From Hyphochytrium catenoides (lineage: Eukaryota > Protista > Hyphochytriomycota): a stretch of DNA of 64,000 nt. Within the stretch, counting starts at the first letter, position 1, and every line of letters starts with the position of its first letter. Below the pieces are notes generated by a model that did no database searches, was not told where the DNA came from, and saw only the letters and a list, made by a program, of their open reading frames with translations. The translations under genes were made by a program, and so were the position numbers. Below are positions 37,104-50,287 of the stretch, piece by piece. Location: positions 44,158 to 108,157 of the forward strand of contig FLMG01001397.1 in NCBI GenBank assembly GCA_900088475.1, written 5' to 3'.

Positions 37104-40100
37104 CTATCTAACAATGTGTTTGATGAACTTCAAGCAAACCAGAGTCAGGAGGAAGGTGGTGACCCACTCGCCCGCCAACAGCCCAAGGTTGAAGCCTCGC
37201 CAATCAGGTTTGAGTCCATATTTCTCGTTAACATAACCACTGACAGTGCCCGTGTAGTCGGTCATTTGATCGTCAGCCAGAGCTGCATCCTTATCCATTA
37301 GGAGAGTAGTGACCAAAGAGTTGAAGGAGTGGAAAGACGGGCAGACGTAGATGATCCACTTGTACCAGGCTGTCATGCGGTTGATTGGGAGGAGGAATCC
37401 CGAGAAGACGTTGAAGAACACAGAGATAGCACCCACTGCGACGTTCGCCACCTTCTCGTTGGGCATCAGCGCACACATCCACTGACCGATAAAGGTGCAA
37501 AGAGATGTGTAGAGGTAAAAGGTGAACCACCAGAGGAAGAATTGCCACGCCGTCGCTGTCAGCCCCACCATGAAGTAGACGATGATCACGAAGACGGAGA
37601 CCACCGTGAAGAGGTATGGTACTTCGGACAGGAACACCGCAAAGTCGTAGGAGATCGGGAAGTACATGTTAGACGCGCGCTCCCGATAGTAGACATCTCT
37701 TTCGGCACACGTGATCTCCAGCACCGTCATCAGGTTGAAAATACCGACGAAATCCATGATCATGTAGTTCAGAGCAATGAGAGAGTTCACTTCGGCTTGT
37801 GTCTGTGGGTCCTCGCCTCTGCCAAAGAAGACAGAGCCGTAGAAGAGACCGAAGAGCGGGAACAGCACGAGTCGGACAAAGTTGTAGTTAGGTGTGCGCC
37901 AGTAGGACCGGAAACTACGCTGGACCAGCAGCTGGAACTGGCGGGGGAAGGTAGTAGCGATATCCCGAGAGAAAGTCACAGGCTCACCGCCCTCGACTGG
38001 TGTGCAAGCCTTGCCTAAGATCTCATCCTGTTGCCGCTTCAAGTCACTGTTGGCGTATGCCTCCACGTAATCCAGCTGACCATCGGCTGCTGCTCTTCCA
38101 ACCCCAGCGCCAATAACCTCCAGCATGTAAGTAGCAGGGTTGTACCGAGGAGGACAGGTTCTCGTGTTTGGCAAGGAAGAGAAGTAGCCAATCATACTCT
38201 CGCTGTTCTCCCCCAGAGGACCAAAGAAGACAGTGTAACCACCAAGTTTGAGCAGGAGAAGCTGGTCAAAGTACTCGAAGATGTTGGTGGACGGCTGGTG
38301 AATCGTGCACACGACGGTACGACCACTCTTGGCAATGTTCTTAACGGCGCGGATGACGATAAGAGCAGCCCGAGCATCGAGACCGGAGGTTGGCTCATCC
38401 AAGAAGAGAATCGAGGGATTGGCCACAAGTTCTACGCCGAGGGTCAGCCTCTTGCGTTGTTCATAATTGAGACCACCCGTAGAAACAGAGCCAACCATTT
38501 TCGTACGGATCACATCGAGCTCCACAAGTCTCATCACCTCCTCGACGAACTGCTTCTTCTCCTCATCAGGCACTTCAGCAGGCTGCCGAAGGCGGGCAGA
38601 AAAGAGTAATGCCTCATAGACAGTGGTAGTGGCTGAGTGAATGTCCATTTGCTCGCAGTATCCGCAAATTCTGCTGAAGTTCTTCGGGTTCTTGGGATAG
38701 CCATTGACCAGGATCTCACCCTCCATGCGACCGCCTGTCTTCCTACCAGCAATGACGTCCATCAGAGTGGTCTTACCAGCACCAGTGGACCCCATTAGTG
38801 CCGTCATAGTGCCAGGCAAAGCGTAGCCGTTGATGCCTTTAAGCAGTACCTTTTCCTCAGTGGGTTTAAGCGGGTCCGGGACGGAGTACCACAGGTTGCG
38901 GAAGGCCAAGACACAAGGCACGAACTTCTGACTACCACTGGCATGCACATCCACTCGCGCTTCACCGTCAGGGCTCTGAATGTTCAAATTCTCCGCACTC
39001 TTCTCCTTCTGGTCCAAGTCTGCCTGATGCACAGCAATAAGAGCCTTGAGCGGCTTGTCATAACGCACATAGTGAAGTACCAATGTCATCAGACCAGTAA
39101 ACAGTGCAAAGTAGCCGAATAGAATGCAGATACCACCCCAGATGAGAGCCTCTTGGCTGCCAGGGCATTCGCCAGCGTCTGTCACACCAGGCGTTGAGCA
39201 AGCACTGCTTGAAGAGTCTTTCAGATAGAAGACCTGGTACCTAGTGTAAAACCTATAAGCGTCGTCCGCAGAATACCTTCCATCTGAAAACTCGTTGAGG
39301 AGTAGAACTCTAAGAGTCCAAGCCAGAGGGTTGATCCAGTAGAACCACTTCCAGAAGGATGGGATCAGATCTGGATAAATAATGTTTCCGGAGAAGACAA
39401 GGAATAGCATCACTGAGAGAGCTGCAATGGCTTGCGCTTGCACCATCGTACGAGTCAGAGACCCCAGCACCATGAAGTAGCCTCCAATCGCATGCTGGAA
39501 AGCCAGTAGAGTCACAAGGAAGACAAAGAAGCGGTACGCATTCCCTGCTAAGCCACTCAAGAAGTAGATGAATGTGCCCATGACTACTGCTACCACGATA
39601 TTCACAGGAGACCAAACCGCAGCATGAGCGAGACCATATGTCGTTGTCCTAAAAAAGTTCCTACTCCGTTGCTTATAGAAGACATTCCGAAGTTCCATCG
39701 TGATGGGAATCTGCTGCCAACCTTGACGCTGGAGAATAGCACCGCTGAAGAAAAGCATTCTAAAGTAGACGTCTTGCCCTTTCATATAGTAGAGCGCACC
39801 AACCAGGAGACCAACCACAAGAGCTTCGATAAGCTTTCCGTACATCAGAGGCTTGTCTCTGTAAGTCAGCATCATTTGGCGCTGTAGGACCACCCATAGA
39901 GAGGTCCAGAACGGTAGCGCAAATTCGCTCTCTCCCTTGATCCGAGCGAACGACGCGAAGTTCTGCAGCTTCTCAAAATTGCCTGTCCTTTCCACATCCA
40001 TGTTCACTTGGAAACCCACTGCAAGCTCATTGGTAATCGCCTGGCCCTGCTCAGACTTGAGGAAGGACTCCGCAAACTGTTCCACGGTCTCAGGAGGATT

Positions 40101-41354
40101 CGCTACCTTGTGGTTGCGGAACCTCTGGTTCTCACTGTTGCTCACTGTCAGCAAGAAGTCTGCCAGATCCGTTCTCTCAGGACAGTCATAGCCAATGGAG
40201 GTGAAATAGTCGAGCACCTTGTCAAGCGCTCCATGGTACATGATGTGGCCGTCATTCATGACGATAATGTCATCAAAAATCTCCACAACTTCTGCAGGTG
40301 GCTGAAGAAGAGCCACGACCACGGTTCCGTTTAGTTGTTGTGCCCAGGTCTTCAATGACTGAACAATGTCGTACGTAGCAGCGGAGTCGAGACCAGTACT
40401 GATCTCGTCACAGAGGAAGACGGATTGGCCTCCGACCAGCATTTCGCCAATAGTGACGCGCTTCTTCTCACCACCAGAAACACCGCGAAGCAGAGCGTTA
40501 CCAATGACAGTGTCTGCACACACATGAAGGCCAAGTAGATAGAGAAGCAGCTCCGTCCGCATGGCGGCAATCTCACGAATCGGCTCTGGCTTGTAGTGTG
40601 GCAGACCATTGAGACACTTGTCAGCGAAGGATAAAGTTTCACGCACAGTCAGGGTGGGTGCATGGATGTCCGTTTGATCAATGAGGGACACCACCTTCCG
40701 AATATCGATGTCCATAGCCGTCAAGCCATTGTAGGTAACGGAGCCGTCGACCGAGGTGGTGCTGGTATTCTTCAATTTGGATGCCAGAGCCTTGAGAAGA
40801 GAAGACTTGCCAGACTGGGGACCACCAATAACTAAAGTCGTGGTTCCGGGGCGAAGGACACCTTGAAGGTTGTTGAGAATGACCTTCCGGAAGGTCCTCT
40901 CCCTGCCCAGCGTAGCCACAGAGTGAAACTTCGTAGCTACTGTGTCGCTTCTGAACTTGGAGATGGGCACATCTGCTTCGTAAGTGAGGTTCTTGAATCG
41001 AATCTCCGTGGCAGGCATCTGATGCCTTGCCATACTGATGAGGCGCTTGTACTTCATGTAGAAGCGGTCAAGGCCACCCCGAACCATGGCTTGAGCCGAG
41101 TCGGTGTCAATGACAGAGAGTCTTGGATCCTCATTCTCGCTTGCTGGATGCTTCGTGGAGAACACACTCTGAACAGACTTCTGAATGGACTCTCCGATCT
41201 TCTTTAGAGATCGCGCAAGGCTCTTCTGTTCAGGCTCAGGTGCTGGAGGTTCGCCGAACTGGTTCTCGAGAAGACTCTCGTTGGCTGCTGGCGATACCAG
41301 CGGCAAGCCAGCTGGGCCAGGAGGCCCAGCGGCAGGATTGGGCTTGGTTGCCAT
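37104..41354 (-). CDS. Full-size ABCG / pleiotropic-drug-resistance (PDR) transporter, single coding exon, ~1416 aa
   Basis: (NBD-TMD)2 topology. NBD1: GGPQSGKSS, VSGGEKKRVT, CDEISTGLDS. NBD2: LMGSTGAGKTTLMDV, YCEQMDIH, EQRKRLTLGVELVANP, FLDEPTSGLD, CTIHQPS, NPATYMLEV. TMD motifs FYKQR and YYRERA. First ATG is at 41354; the ORF track starts at an upstream TTG. Confidence 0.96.
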   Translation of the reverse strand: MATKPNPAAGPPGPAGLPLVSPAANESLLENQFGEPPAPEPEQKSLARSLKKIGESIQKSVQSVFSTKHPASENEDPRLSVIDTDSAQAMVRGGLDRFYMKYKRLISMARHQMPATEIRFKNLTYEADVPISKFRSDTVATKFHSVATLGRERTFRKVILNNLQGVLRPGTTTLVIGGPQSGKSSLLKALASKLKNTSTTSVDGSVTYNGLTAMDIDIRKVVSLIDQTDIHAPTLTVRETLSFADKCLNGLPHYKPEPIREIAAMRTELLLYLLGLHVCADTVIGNALLRGVSGGEKKRVTIGEMLVGGQSVFLCDEISTGLDSAATYDIVQSLKTWAQQLNGTVVVALLQPPAEVVEIFDDIIVMNDGHIMYHGALDKVLDYFTSIGYDCPERTDLADFLLTVSNSENQRFRNHKVANPPETVEQFAESFLKSEQGQAITNELAVGFQVNMDVERTGNFEKLQNFASFARIKGESEFALPFWTSLWVVLQRQMMLTYRDKPLMYGKLIEALVVGLLVGALYYMKGQDVYFRMLFFSGAILQRQGWQQIPITMELRNVFYKQRSRNFFRTTTYGLAHAAVWSPVNIVVAVVMGTFIYFLSGLAGNAYRFFVFLVTLLAFQHAIGGYFMVLGSLTRTMVQAQAIAALSVMLFLVFSGNIIYPDLIPSFWKWFYWINPLAWTLRVLLLNEFSDGRYSADDAYRFYTRYQVFYLKDSSSSACSTPGVTDAGECPGSQEALIWGGICILFGYFALFTGLMTLVLHYVRYDKPLKALIAVHQADLDQKEKSAENLNIQSPDGEARVDVHASGSQKFVPCVLAFRNLWYSVPDPLKPTEEKVLLKGINGYALPGTMTALMGSTGAGKTTLMDVIAGRKTGGRMEGEILVNGYPKNPKNFSRICGYCEQMDIHSATTTVYEALLFSARLRQPAEVPDEEKKQFVEEVMRLVELDVIRTKMVGSVSTGGLNYEQRKRLTLGVELVANPSILFLDEPTSGLDARAALIVIRAVKNIAKSGRTVVCTIHQPSTNIFEYFDQLLLLKLGGYTVFFGPLGENSESMIGYFSSLPNTRTCPPRYNPATYMLEVIGAGVGRAAADGQLDYVEAYANSDLKRQQDEILGKACTPVEGGEPVTFSRDIATTFPRQFQLLVQRSFRSYWRTPNYNFVRLVLFPLFGLFYGSVFFGRGEDPQTQAEVNSLIALNYMIMDFVGIFNLMTVLEITCAERDVYYRERASNMYFPISYDFAVFLSEVPYLFTVVSVFVIIVYFMVGLTATAWQFFLWWFTFYLYTSLCTFIGQWMCALMPNEKVANVAVGAISVFFNVFSGFLLPINRMTAWYKWIIYVCPSFHSFNSLVTTLLMDKDAALADDQMTDYTGTVSGYVNEKYGLKPDWRGFNLGLLAGEWVTTFLLTLVCLKFIKHIVR

Positions 41355-41915
41355 TGATGTGACTCCCAATCTACCGTGTTAGCTGACAGCGGAAAGAAAT
41401 ATGAAGTTCTTCTTCCGGTTGTTCAGGAAATTGACGAATAATGAGCTCTTGGGAAGGGCGCCCCGTCGTGAAGTACGAGAAGAGAAATCGGATCTACCGG
41501 CTTTTTGAGAGGGAGACTTCTCCCTTTCCATCCTCCGTCTCAAGTGATCTCTTGCTGAATAGCTGGGCCTCTCACTTCTATGGCCAAAGAAAGGAGCAGA
41601 TGCCAGCTCAAGGCGAAGAGAGAGAGAGAGAGAGAGTGGGTGGAGCGCCGCTGGACAAGCTTTGCCTGCTGGTAGATCATTTCTTTCTCCTTCTTTCTGT
41701 CTCTTCTGAAGCCTTTCCTTTCTTTGTGGGTTGAGGAGGTGTCGGTGGCGCAGGATGAGGTAGAGTGTGCGACAACGGTTCTCAGCTCTTCAGGGAAGGT
41801 CCAGGGCATTGGCAAGAACACGACGAGGCGAGGGGGAAGAGGATCAGGAACAACGAGCTGGCGAGGCAGGTCCTGGTTCTGCTGCCCCTTCGCCTGTGCA
41901 ACCATTGAGGATCCT

Positions 41916-41964
41916 TTCTCTCTTTTCTCTCTTTCTCTCCACTTCTCTCTCTCTCTCTCTCTCC

Positions 41965-42011
<47 letters not shown>

Positions 42012-42052
42012 CCTCTCTCTTTCTCTCTCTCTTTGTCTCTGCTTCTCTCTCT
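41916..42052. repeat. Long interrupted (CT)n/(GA)n microsatellite upstream of the ABCG gene
   Basis: Directly visible CT dinucleotide run; it generates the spurious SLSL/RERE ORFs in the track. Confidence 0.95.
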
Positions 42053-43810
42053 CTGCCAAGCCCTCGCAACTCCATTCGCCGCTTCGCTGACTGAAAGCTG
42101 AGCAAACCCATTACCCTAACCCACAAGAGATCAGCAGCTACGCCAAGCAATATCTATAGGTAATATTACTGGGCTCAGACCCACAATTCGGTCTAGGGGT
42201 ACAAACCCAGCCGTAAGTCTACCCAGTCCTCCTCTATAGACTCCCACCCATCCCCACCAAAGATTGCAGGATGAAACAAGAAAGAGCATCTCTGAGAGTA
42301 ACCATATCTATCTTCCCGCTCTGTCTCCTGTTGTGACTCCTTCCTATGCTTTTGGCTTCTCTTTCTCTCTCAGTCTCGCTCTGGCTCACTTCTCATGTAC
42401 GCCACTGGGCTGGCTGTGATGGTGGCCTGTCCAGAACATTGGCACAGGGTTGTTGCCCGGCTCTTTCTGTGGCCGCGGTCGCCAGCGCCTTTTGGATCAA
42501 TCTTCCTTGGATAAGTCTGCCTACACTTCCGCAAGTAGGCTGATTCTTTCTTCCTTGTTAGAGGCTTTGCTAAGTGTTTTATAAACGGAAGTTGCCCTTT
42601 CTTATTATTGGGATCGATAGGGCACAAGGAGAAGGATGAGCTGACTGTGTGGGAAGAGAAGGGTAACAAAAGGGGAAGAGAAGGCAGTGTGGGTGCCACA
42701 TAAAACGATGGGCTAATCGATACAAATCTTTGTATCGAGAAATAAACTCGGAAGAAATTATCAGGGAGACAGACCGAAGAGGTTTAGGTTATAAGGGAAG
42801 GCGTCTTGGCAAGGTATTATTACTGCCGTAGAACGACTCTTTTTTTATTTCCTTTCACTAGCACTTTTCTATCATATCTTTCCATAAGACCCACCCATCC
42901 CTGGTCCAGAAGTGATGGTTAACTTGAGCCACGCGCACCAAGCACAGGCGTCATCACGCACTTAGTAAGAGCTTCTATAAAGGGCCAAGGACTCTCCTAG
43001 GCTTTTGTGAAAGCGACACTCCCAACTGACTACTCGTAGGAAATAAGCAGCCAACCCACCCACCCATATCGGGCCCCATTGTACTTGGTATGTGACTTCA
43101 AGGACTATGAAGCTAATGGCTCACCAGTCAATCGTCACACCCAGCGATAGTAGCGGGAGGGAGGCTCTTGATGGAACAACACCTTTGGGTTCTGGGTATG
43201 ACTGCGAGGATCAACACATTTGGACCACCCACCCGCTCACGGAATTCTGCCTCCAATCTCGTATAACTGATAAAGCATTGCATAATCTAAAATAGATGTC
43301 TCAAACGGATGCATACTACAAGAGGTGTGCCCATTGAGCTTCAGACGCCATATAAGAACAATGAGTGACGCTGGTGCGCTGTGCAGCCTTGGCAGAGGAG
43401 GCGCAACTGTATTCCGCATAAGCTGGCACAAAACCTGTTAGCACGACCTGACTAACGCTATGCATGACCTTTTATAGAACTTTTATATTTACAGCATAAA
43501 AAGGAGCCTTAGATCTCTGCTCATTTGTTTAGACTTTTATCATCCTCCAAATAAAGAAAGAAGGAAGACTGCCATCGCAGCCGCAATTTCAAGGCCCATT
43601 ACCCTTTTAGAAAGAAAATCTACTCTTTTCCATAATCTGTCCTTTATTTAGTTTTTTTTTAAAAATTCCCCTTTTAGGTGATAGGAGGCTATGGGGCTAT
43701 GTGCTATGGCATGGATTGGCCGACATTGTTGGTTGTTGGGAGCCAGTATGAGAGACGGTTCACTGTTCATGATGAGTGGGGAGGATTATAAAAGGTTGCG
43801 CTTTGCTCCT

Positions 43811-43833
43811 TCCGTCCGTCCGTCCGTCCGTCC
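43811..43833. repeat. (TCCG)n tetranucleotide microsatellite
   Basis: tccgtccgtccgtccgtccgtcc directly visible. Confidence 0.9.
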
Positions 43834-46800
43834 TCCCTGATCTATTTATCCAACTTCGATGATGTCCAGCAGACAGTAGAAGCTACACTCCTCCTCCATC
43901 ATCACATCATCATCATCGCCATCCTACGAGTACAAGTAGTAGAAGTAACGGCAGGAAGATAATAGAGAGGTAGAGAGGAGGCAGACGGACACTGAGACCA
44001 AGAAGGATGGTATGAGGAAAATAGTTCACCAGAAAGCCGGAACAGACCAAGAACAACAGGAAAGGAGGAGAGCACGGATGTGTAGAGGAGAGCGGAGAGG
44101 AAGTAGTCTGTACAATGATATAACTAAGGGAAGCTAATGATGCATAGTTCTATCAGAAGAATGGGCAATCGATCTCCCATTATCCATATGTCATCGTCAC
44201 TTCTCCTTTGTTTTCCCTGTCGTTGACGTGTCCAACAGGCCAAATCTGACACTTGTGGCCCAGTCATGTGCTAGACTGAAGAGGTTGTTTCATGCGTCTT
44301 TTGATGGAGAGGACGAGGGAGAAAGTTGAGCTTATGGCCCGTGACCCTTCATCAGATCCCGACGGTGAGGTTGAGGGTGGTAATGGTTCATCATCAGGTC
44401 GTCAGACATCTGATAAGACTATCAGAGGATCTTCTGCTTGTTGCTTGTTCCTCCTCCACCATAAGATGGCCACTCCTCACTCTTCTCTAGACAAGACTCT
44501 TCTGGTATGGAACCGACGGCACGATCTTCTGCTGCTGCTGATGCTACAGTAGGGTGACCGTGAATTTGTGGAGGAAGTGGGACGACCAGTGGCGGGCTGA
44601 TCGCAAAAGATATGAGTCCCTCGCTCCTTCTCGTGTCTGTTCATCAAAAGATCCCTGCACCCGATGATGAGCCCAACTTAGCTAATTCTGTATGTGCATT
44701 CCTGGTGTGGTAAAGGGATAAGTCCACCCTTGGCATGCCGGTCAGGACAGCCACACTCCCACCCACTCTCGTCACGTCATATTATTGGAGTGCTCACGCA
44801 GAAGAAGAAAGCAATAAAACGGAAGTATCTCACTCGTTGTGTGCGGCACACCTGGCCCGAGCACAAGAACCGCATAGTCATCATGATTCCCGGTAGAGAA
44901 TGGATGCCCTCTGCTTCAACAGACCCGCCACATTATAACAACAAACGAGAAGAGCCATGGAAGAAGCAGTGATTCGAGCTGCTGATGTCCAGAGTTCAGT
45001 CGGTCTGTCTCACTGTGCCTACCGCTTCTGATGCCGCCCTTTATTATAATAAAAAGCAAACTAAAGATGTCATCAAAGATGGCGCACTAGAAATTGAGTG
45101 TTGCTGCCGTCCAAACAACCCCCTATTTTAGGGCTCTTGTCCCACGGAGACAACCTACAGTCTTACTCCGGTCGTGGCTGCTGCTTATGAGCAGCAATCA
45201 GGAGGATCTTTGTATGCTGCCGACTCAGTAGTAGCTTGATCCCTCGTCCCTTGTCCAGTCCCGCAGCCTCTCAAATTCTTCGGAAAGGCAAGCGGGACGC
45301 CAGCAGAAGTACAGTCCGTTGCTGATGAGGAGGGACAGGAAAGGAGGCCTGGAAATGGCCCCCTGAAGACATGAGACAGCCTAGTGGTGGCGACCACGCA
45401 CCTTAATCTCCATGAAAAGATACTTCACCTTCATCCATGATGCAACGGCCCCTTCCTTCCCTAATAATTCTTCTTCCCCTTGCGTCTGGGAGTCTTAGCT
45501 GATAATAACATAAGTACATTATGTCTCCAAAGTCCCTGCGACGAACGTTTCTTCTAGGAGAGGAAAGCGGGGAAAGAAAGAGGATACCGGAAGAGCGAAG
45601 GAAGACGATGGGATGATCTGGTCCGTACACTCCTGATTTGATATCACAAACAGAAGGGAAAGATGATGGCAGGTCTCAATCACCACCACCGACCCTAAGA
45701 AGGAAGGGGAAGTAAGCACCTACGAAGGGGACGGACTGTGATGGCTGCTTTGCTTCTTCTGCTTCATTCATCATGGTATGATAGTAACATATCGACAAAC
45801 ATCATTATGTAAAAGCACGCGGAGGGTGCTGATGAGGGTGATGAACCGTTGTAAGAAGCAACAGCCGAGCTGTCACACGCTCCTCATTTTCAGTCGTGAC
45901 AAGGAAGGTTGATGATTGTTGGTTAGCTCCTTCATGATCTACGCACTACCTATCATAGCGTCGTAAGGATCCTTCCTCCACCAGTGCGGGGCATTTATTT
46001 CCAGCTCGTTTCGAGTGCCTTTTCCTTTATGGTGAAATATACATCATGGTACTATTATGATAGGGAGGAAAGCAAGAAGAGAAAGCACAAAGGAAGTCTC
46101 ATACTCTCTTAAGGAGACATTAGAATAGATATGTCACCCAACAACAACAAGAAAGCTAGAGATTCAGTAGAGGACGACGAGAAGACATCAAATAATAACG
46201 GTGCTGCTAGAGGTAGGTGGTAGGAAGACAGCTAGTAGTCAAACCTTGAGGACAGAGGAGGAATTGTTGGAAGGTGATGACCGTACTACTGATGATATTC
46301 TTCTTCTACCTTATGGTGGTCGACAAATGTAGTAGCTAACCCATCATGATGGGTGACTGGTGATGACGAACAAAGAAGCACTACTCTTATTATGCTAACC
46401 CTCAGCAGCAGAAGGAACAACGGAAATGTTGTTCGTCGCTATCTCTGATACTTCGTCGAGTACCAGAGGTCTTTCAAAGTTCCCCGTATTATGGTTGGAA
46501 CAGGATCTCCTCCTAAGAAGAAAGGGCAATCGCACGCTTGTGGGACATGATGAAACAATTCGGCCCCTCACCAGCTCCAGTAGCACTATAGTACAGCAGC
46601 ACGGAGATCGAATGCATCCATCTGGTAGTTATAGGGAAGGAGCCACCAATCTTCCTCCATCATGTCATTACATCGGCATATTATCGCAGCATCATGCATG
46701 GTCATCTAACAAAGGAGATAAAAGAGAGGCAACCTAATCATCATTAGATGATGGAGACAGGCGGCGTTCTCGCTCATGTAGCATTCTCTGCTATCCACAT

Positions 46801-49800
46801 CAGCTGCCATATTATCAGGTCATCATTCTTCACGACATTGATCGCTCATCAAGGATAAGGACGAGCTCTATATAAGGTAGAAGATCAACAAGATAGGAGA
46901 ACGATCGGCGGACGAGGATGGATAGTCCATCTTGCTGAGGCAGAGGAGGCGTAACCGGCGTCACTCATCTACCCGATCAAAGAGCACAGAGTCCTAATAT
47001 ACTTCTATATAGTCCGTGAACCTTATAATACCCTGAGTCGGAGTCGTATGATCAGTTATGGATGGACCCTAGTCTCACTTCCGCTACGAGCTGGTAACAG
47101 GAAGAGTCAAGAGATGCAAGGTTCTTTCGGGCGTCTGGCATTCTACCAGAGAGCAACATTCCCGTCACGAACGCCAGCAATATGCTCCTGTTCTCCCTCT
47201 GGCGAGAGAGATTTGCTGGAAGGACGCGGGTATGCTGGCATATCATCATAACTCTGTCAATCTAGGTGGGCCACAATTAATGGCCACGTCCTTCTTATCT
47301 TCTTTTCAGTACAGCAGAGGCATCTATTGTTGTTCTGCTCCACAAACGGTGCTCCGCTCTTTCCTAGCAAAGAGCTCCCTGGACATGCAGGCTGCTCTCC
47401 ATTCACCTCAGGGTCAGTCCCCGAGAAGTGGCAAGGAGTGTATCTGATGGAACAATAACTCAATATTTCTTAAGTGGCTTTTGCGCTTAAGGTTATAATG
47501 CGAAGCACATTACGGCGCGCTCATGGGCAAGTCGCGATGGATAGAAGAAGCCGCGACGTGGTACCACCACGGGGGCATTATAAAGAGGACACTGCCACTA
47601 TCCTTTAGGAGTTTCCGCAAGAGACCAAGAGGTAACAACCCGCCCCTCGCTGATGATGAGGTATGAAGAGCGGTTGCGACCAGCAGTATCTGCCCTAGAA
47701 GATGAGCTAAAGGCATCAACCTGAATGGGTAAAGTGATTGGGGCACGGATAGAGGAGACAGCAACGTCCTTTCTTTTTAGGGAACACGACTACGAGTAGA
47801 GCAAGCCTGAAGCGGCACCCACCTCCACCGAGGAACTCCGCTACTTCAACCTTCAACCTACATAATGGACCAAGTCGAGCTTGCCGTTGAGACCGTAGCG
47901 AATAGGTGGTGCAATGGTGGAGCAGAGAGTCCAACCAGCGAGGCCGACTACTGATGAAGGCGCGGTACCTGACTCCGCCCCTTGCAGATCTTGAGCAGAG
48001 CAGGCAGTGGCGTCCCCAAACTAACAACTAGGTTGTGCCCGTTTGTGCAGCAAGCAAAGGGAACATGGCCTTCCCCTGGCCTACGACTCCTCCCCTGCTA
48101 TGATACGTACCCGTCCTTTTCCATCTTCATCATTATACATCGCTGCTGAGCAAGATCTCCGTGTGTGCATCTTATAGTAAGGCGTCATCTTCCATCCTCT
48201 TCCAGTCCGATCAGTGCTCAAGCGCAGACTCTATCATTCAAGCGATACACTGCACAACTACAAGTTGGGGGATGTGCATCGCAGGAGCAAGAGGCGCCGC
48301 CCCTACCCTAATCGTCGCTCGCTGCGAAGTACTGCAGCTTCTCTAGTACAATCCAGGGCTTGCACACACCATGAATTGAACTTGTCCATCTAGCACATTG
48401 CGTAGTCATGACCATAGTTTTCGTTCTTCTTCTGTCGTCGTGCATCAGAAGCATTAGAGAACGCCTTTCCCTTGGTTCAGAACGTTCAAAGATTGCACCG
48501 TTGATATAAGGACACCTTCGTCATCTAAACTCCCCTTGCGGAGCAAACAAATCCAGAGATAAACGGGGACTAAGAGGGAGGCTCCACCTCCTTCCCTGAA
48601 GCACTGGGCGTTAATAAGCCTGCTCGGTGCTCGGAGTCGTCCCACTAGGAGGAAGAAGGCAGAGTGGAAGTTCGTTCTCAACTCCATTGTACTCGACTGG
48701 TGGTAGCTCCTGCTGCGATGTCCAACTAGGTCTTAGACCTAAGGTGCCTGACGACATAGATATTTGCGGCCTGTCTCATTTAAAGGATAGAAGAGGCCTG
48801 TTGAGTTGCGTTGTTTCTGGGCTTTCTTTCAGAAGGTTCTAATAAAGAAAGAGTAGTAGAGGTGTATGTACCTATCACTTGCAGAGAACGCTGCGAAGAA
48901 GGAAGAAGAAGACCAACTCTTGCCGCCGTAGGAACTTGCGGACTAAGGCTTTCTCTCTCTTTCTCATCGATCATCCATTCTTGAGGATAAAGTGGAGCAG
49001 GCCAAGCCCGATGAAGATGAGCACGACCAGCAGTAGGGAAGCAAGACGGGGCATTATCGTCTTACCTTGTGGTTCAAGGGCGGACATCCTAATGTGCCCG
49101 CAACGTGGAAGTCTCCTGAAGATTAACCTCCTTTTGCCAGTGTTATGGATAGTCTTACAACCCCAAAGGCTGAAGATAAGCCTCTGGGTTGCTGATCAAG
49201 ATTATAGAAGGCTTTGAAGAGTTGCTGGCTGTTCCGTGGTTGCTTTATCTTTGGCCCAGACAGACAGACATCAAAGGAAGGCGGCGGCTGCGGTTAGAGT
49301 TAGGAAGGATCGTCCCTGCTAAAGCCAGACCTTCTACCCTTCTTCCATACCAAGCGGGCGGGCCTAGAAGAAGAAGTAGGCACCCAGCAACCCAGAAGGA
49401 AACGGAACCAGAGAATGCGGAGTCAAGAAAGAGAGTCATCTCCTTGCGCCACACCCCATCCCATCATGGAGCTGGCGCGGAGGAAGCTACTTCCGATCCC
49501 CGAGTTTGTTGCTCCAGGTTCTTTCTTCTTTCTCGGCCTTGACTGCCGAGACATTGGGCATCGCTGCCTGTCACTTGCATGGAAGTTGCACCTCTCCTAT
49601 TTCTTAGTCCACTGGTTTCTATGGTCAAACCCTTACCCTAGCGTCGTTCTCTCCTCATAACTACTTCTCTATCTTCCTCTTCTTGCCGTCTTTCCCTTTT
49701 CTATGATATCTAGTGCTGTCGATGATCATGCTATCCCTTTGATTTTCTTCCTACAAGTAGGGAAACAGTAGGAAGCGCCATGGAATTATACATATTCTCA

Positions 49801-50287
49801 CATTCTGCTCTGCGCTTGATTTTCTTCGGAGCAGAGGGCCACGAAGAGGTCGATTGATGGTGTGCGTGAGGACGGCCGCCCTTTTCCTCCCTTGCTCCTT
49901 TATAGAACTATCAAGAGCGGTTAGAGGAGGTGACACTGCTCTCGTCACGTAGAGCCAAACCTGCACCATTAAACTTCAACCGAACTTTGATCTTGTCTTA
50001 TCCTTGCTTCGTACATTCATCGGAGCAACTTAAGCCTGCGGATGATGTTTTGCCATGTTCAACCTTGAGGTCGATTCACGTCGCAGGCATAGGGTGCAGA
50101 TATATCAAGGAAGTGCCCCAGACTTCAAGACCCTTCCAAACACACGGCACTTATACATCCTAGTCCATAAGCTTGCTCTCTTCGGCCATGTGTTCACACG
50201 TATAAGTTTCCTCTGGTTGAGACCCCGAAAGAGGGTTCCCACCACGTATGTTTGGAGATCGAAGAAGTTCAATCTGGCTCCAACCAT

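Noticed and set aside
41724-42150. ORFs with SLSLSL or RERERE tracts
   Set aside because: Translations of the (CT)n microsatellite.
47130-47270. Frame reading ...QQYAPVLPLAREICW, faintly like a hAT transposase dimerisation segment
   Set aside because: Similarity too weak; no IPATS/ERxFS motif and no terminal repeats.
49530-49552. TTCTCGGCCTT resembling the U2 snRNA 5' end, within a 7-bp hairpin
   Set aside because: Lacks the downstream GCTAAGATCAAGTGTAGTA branch-pairing region.
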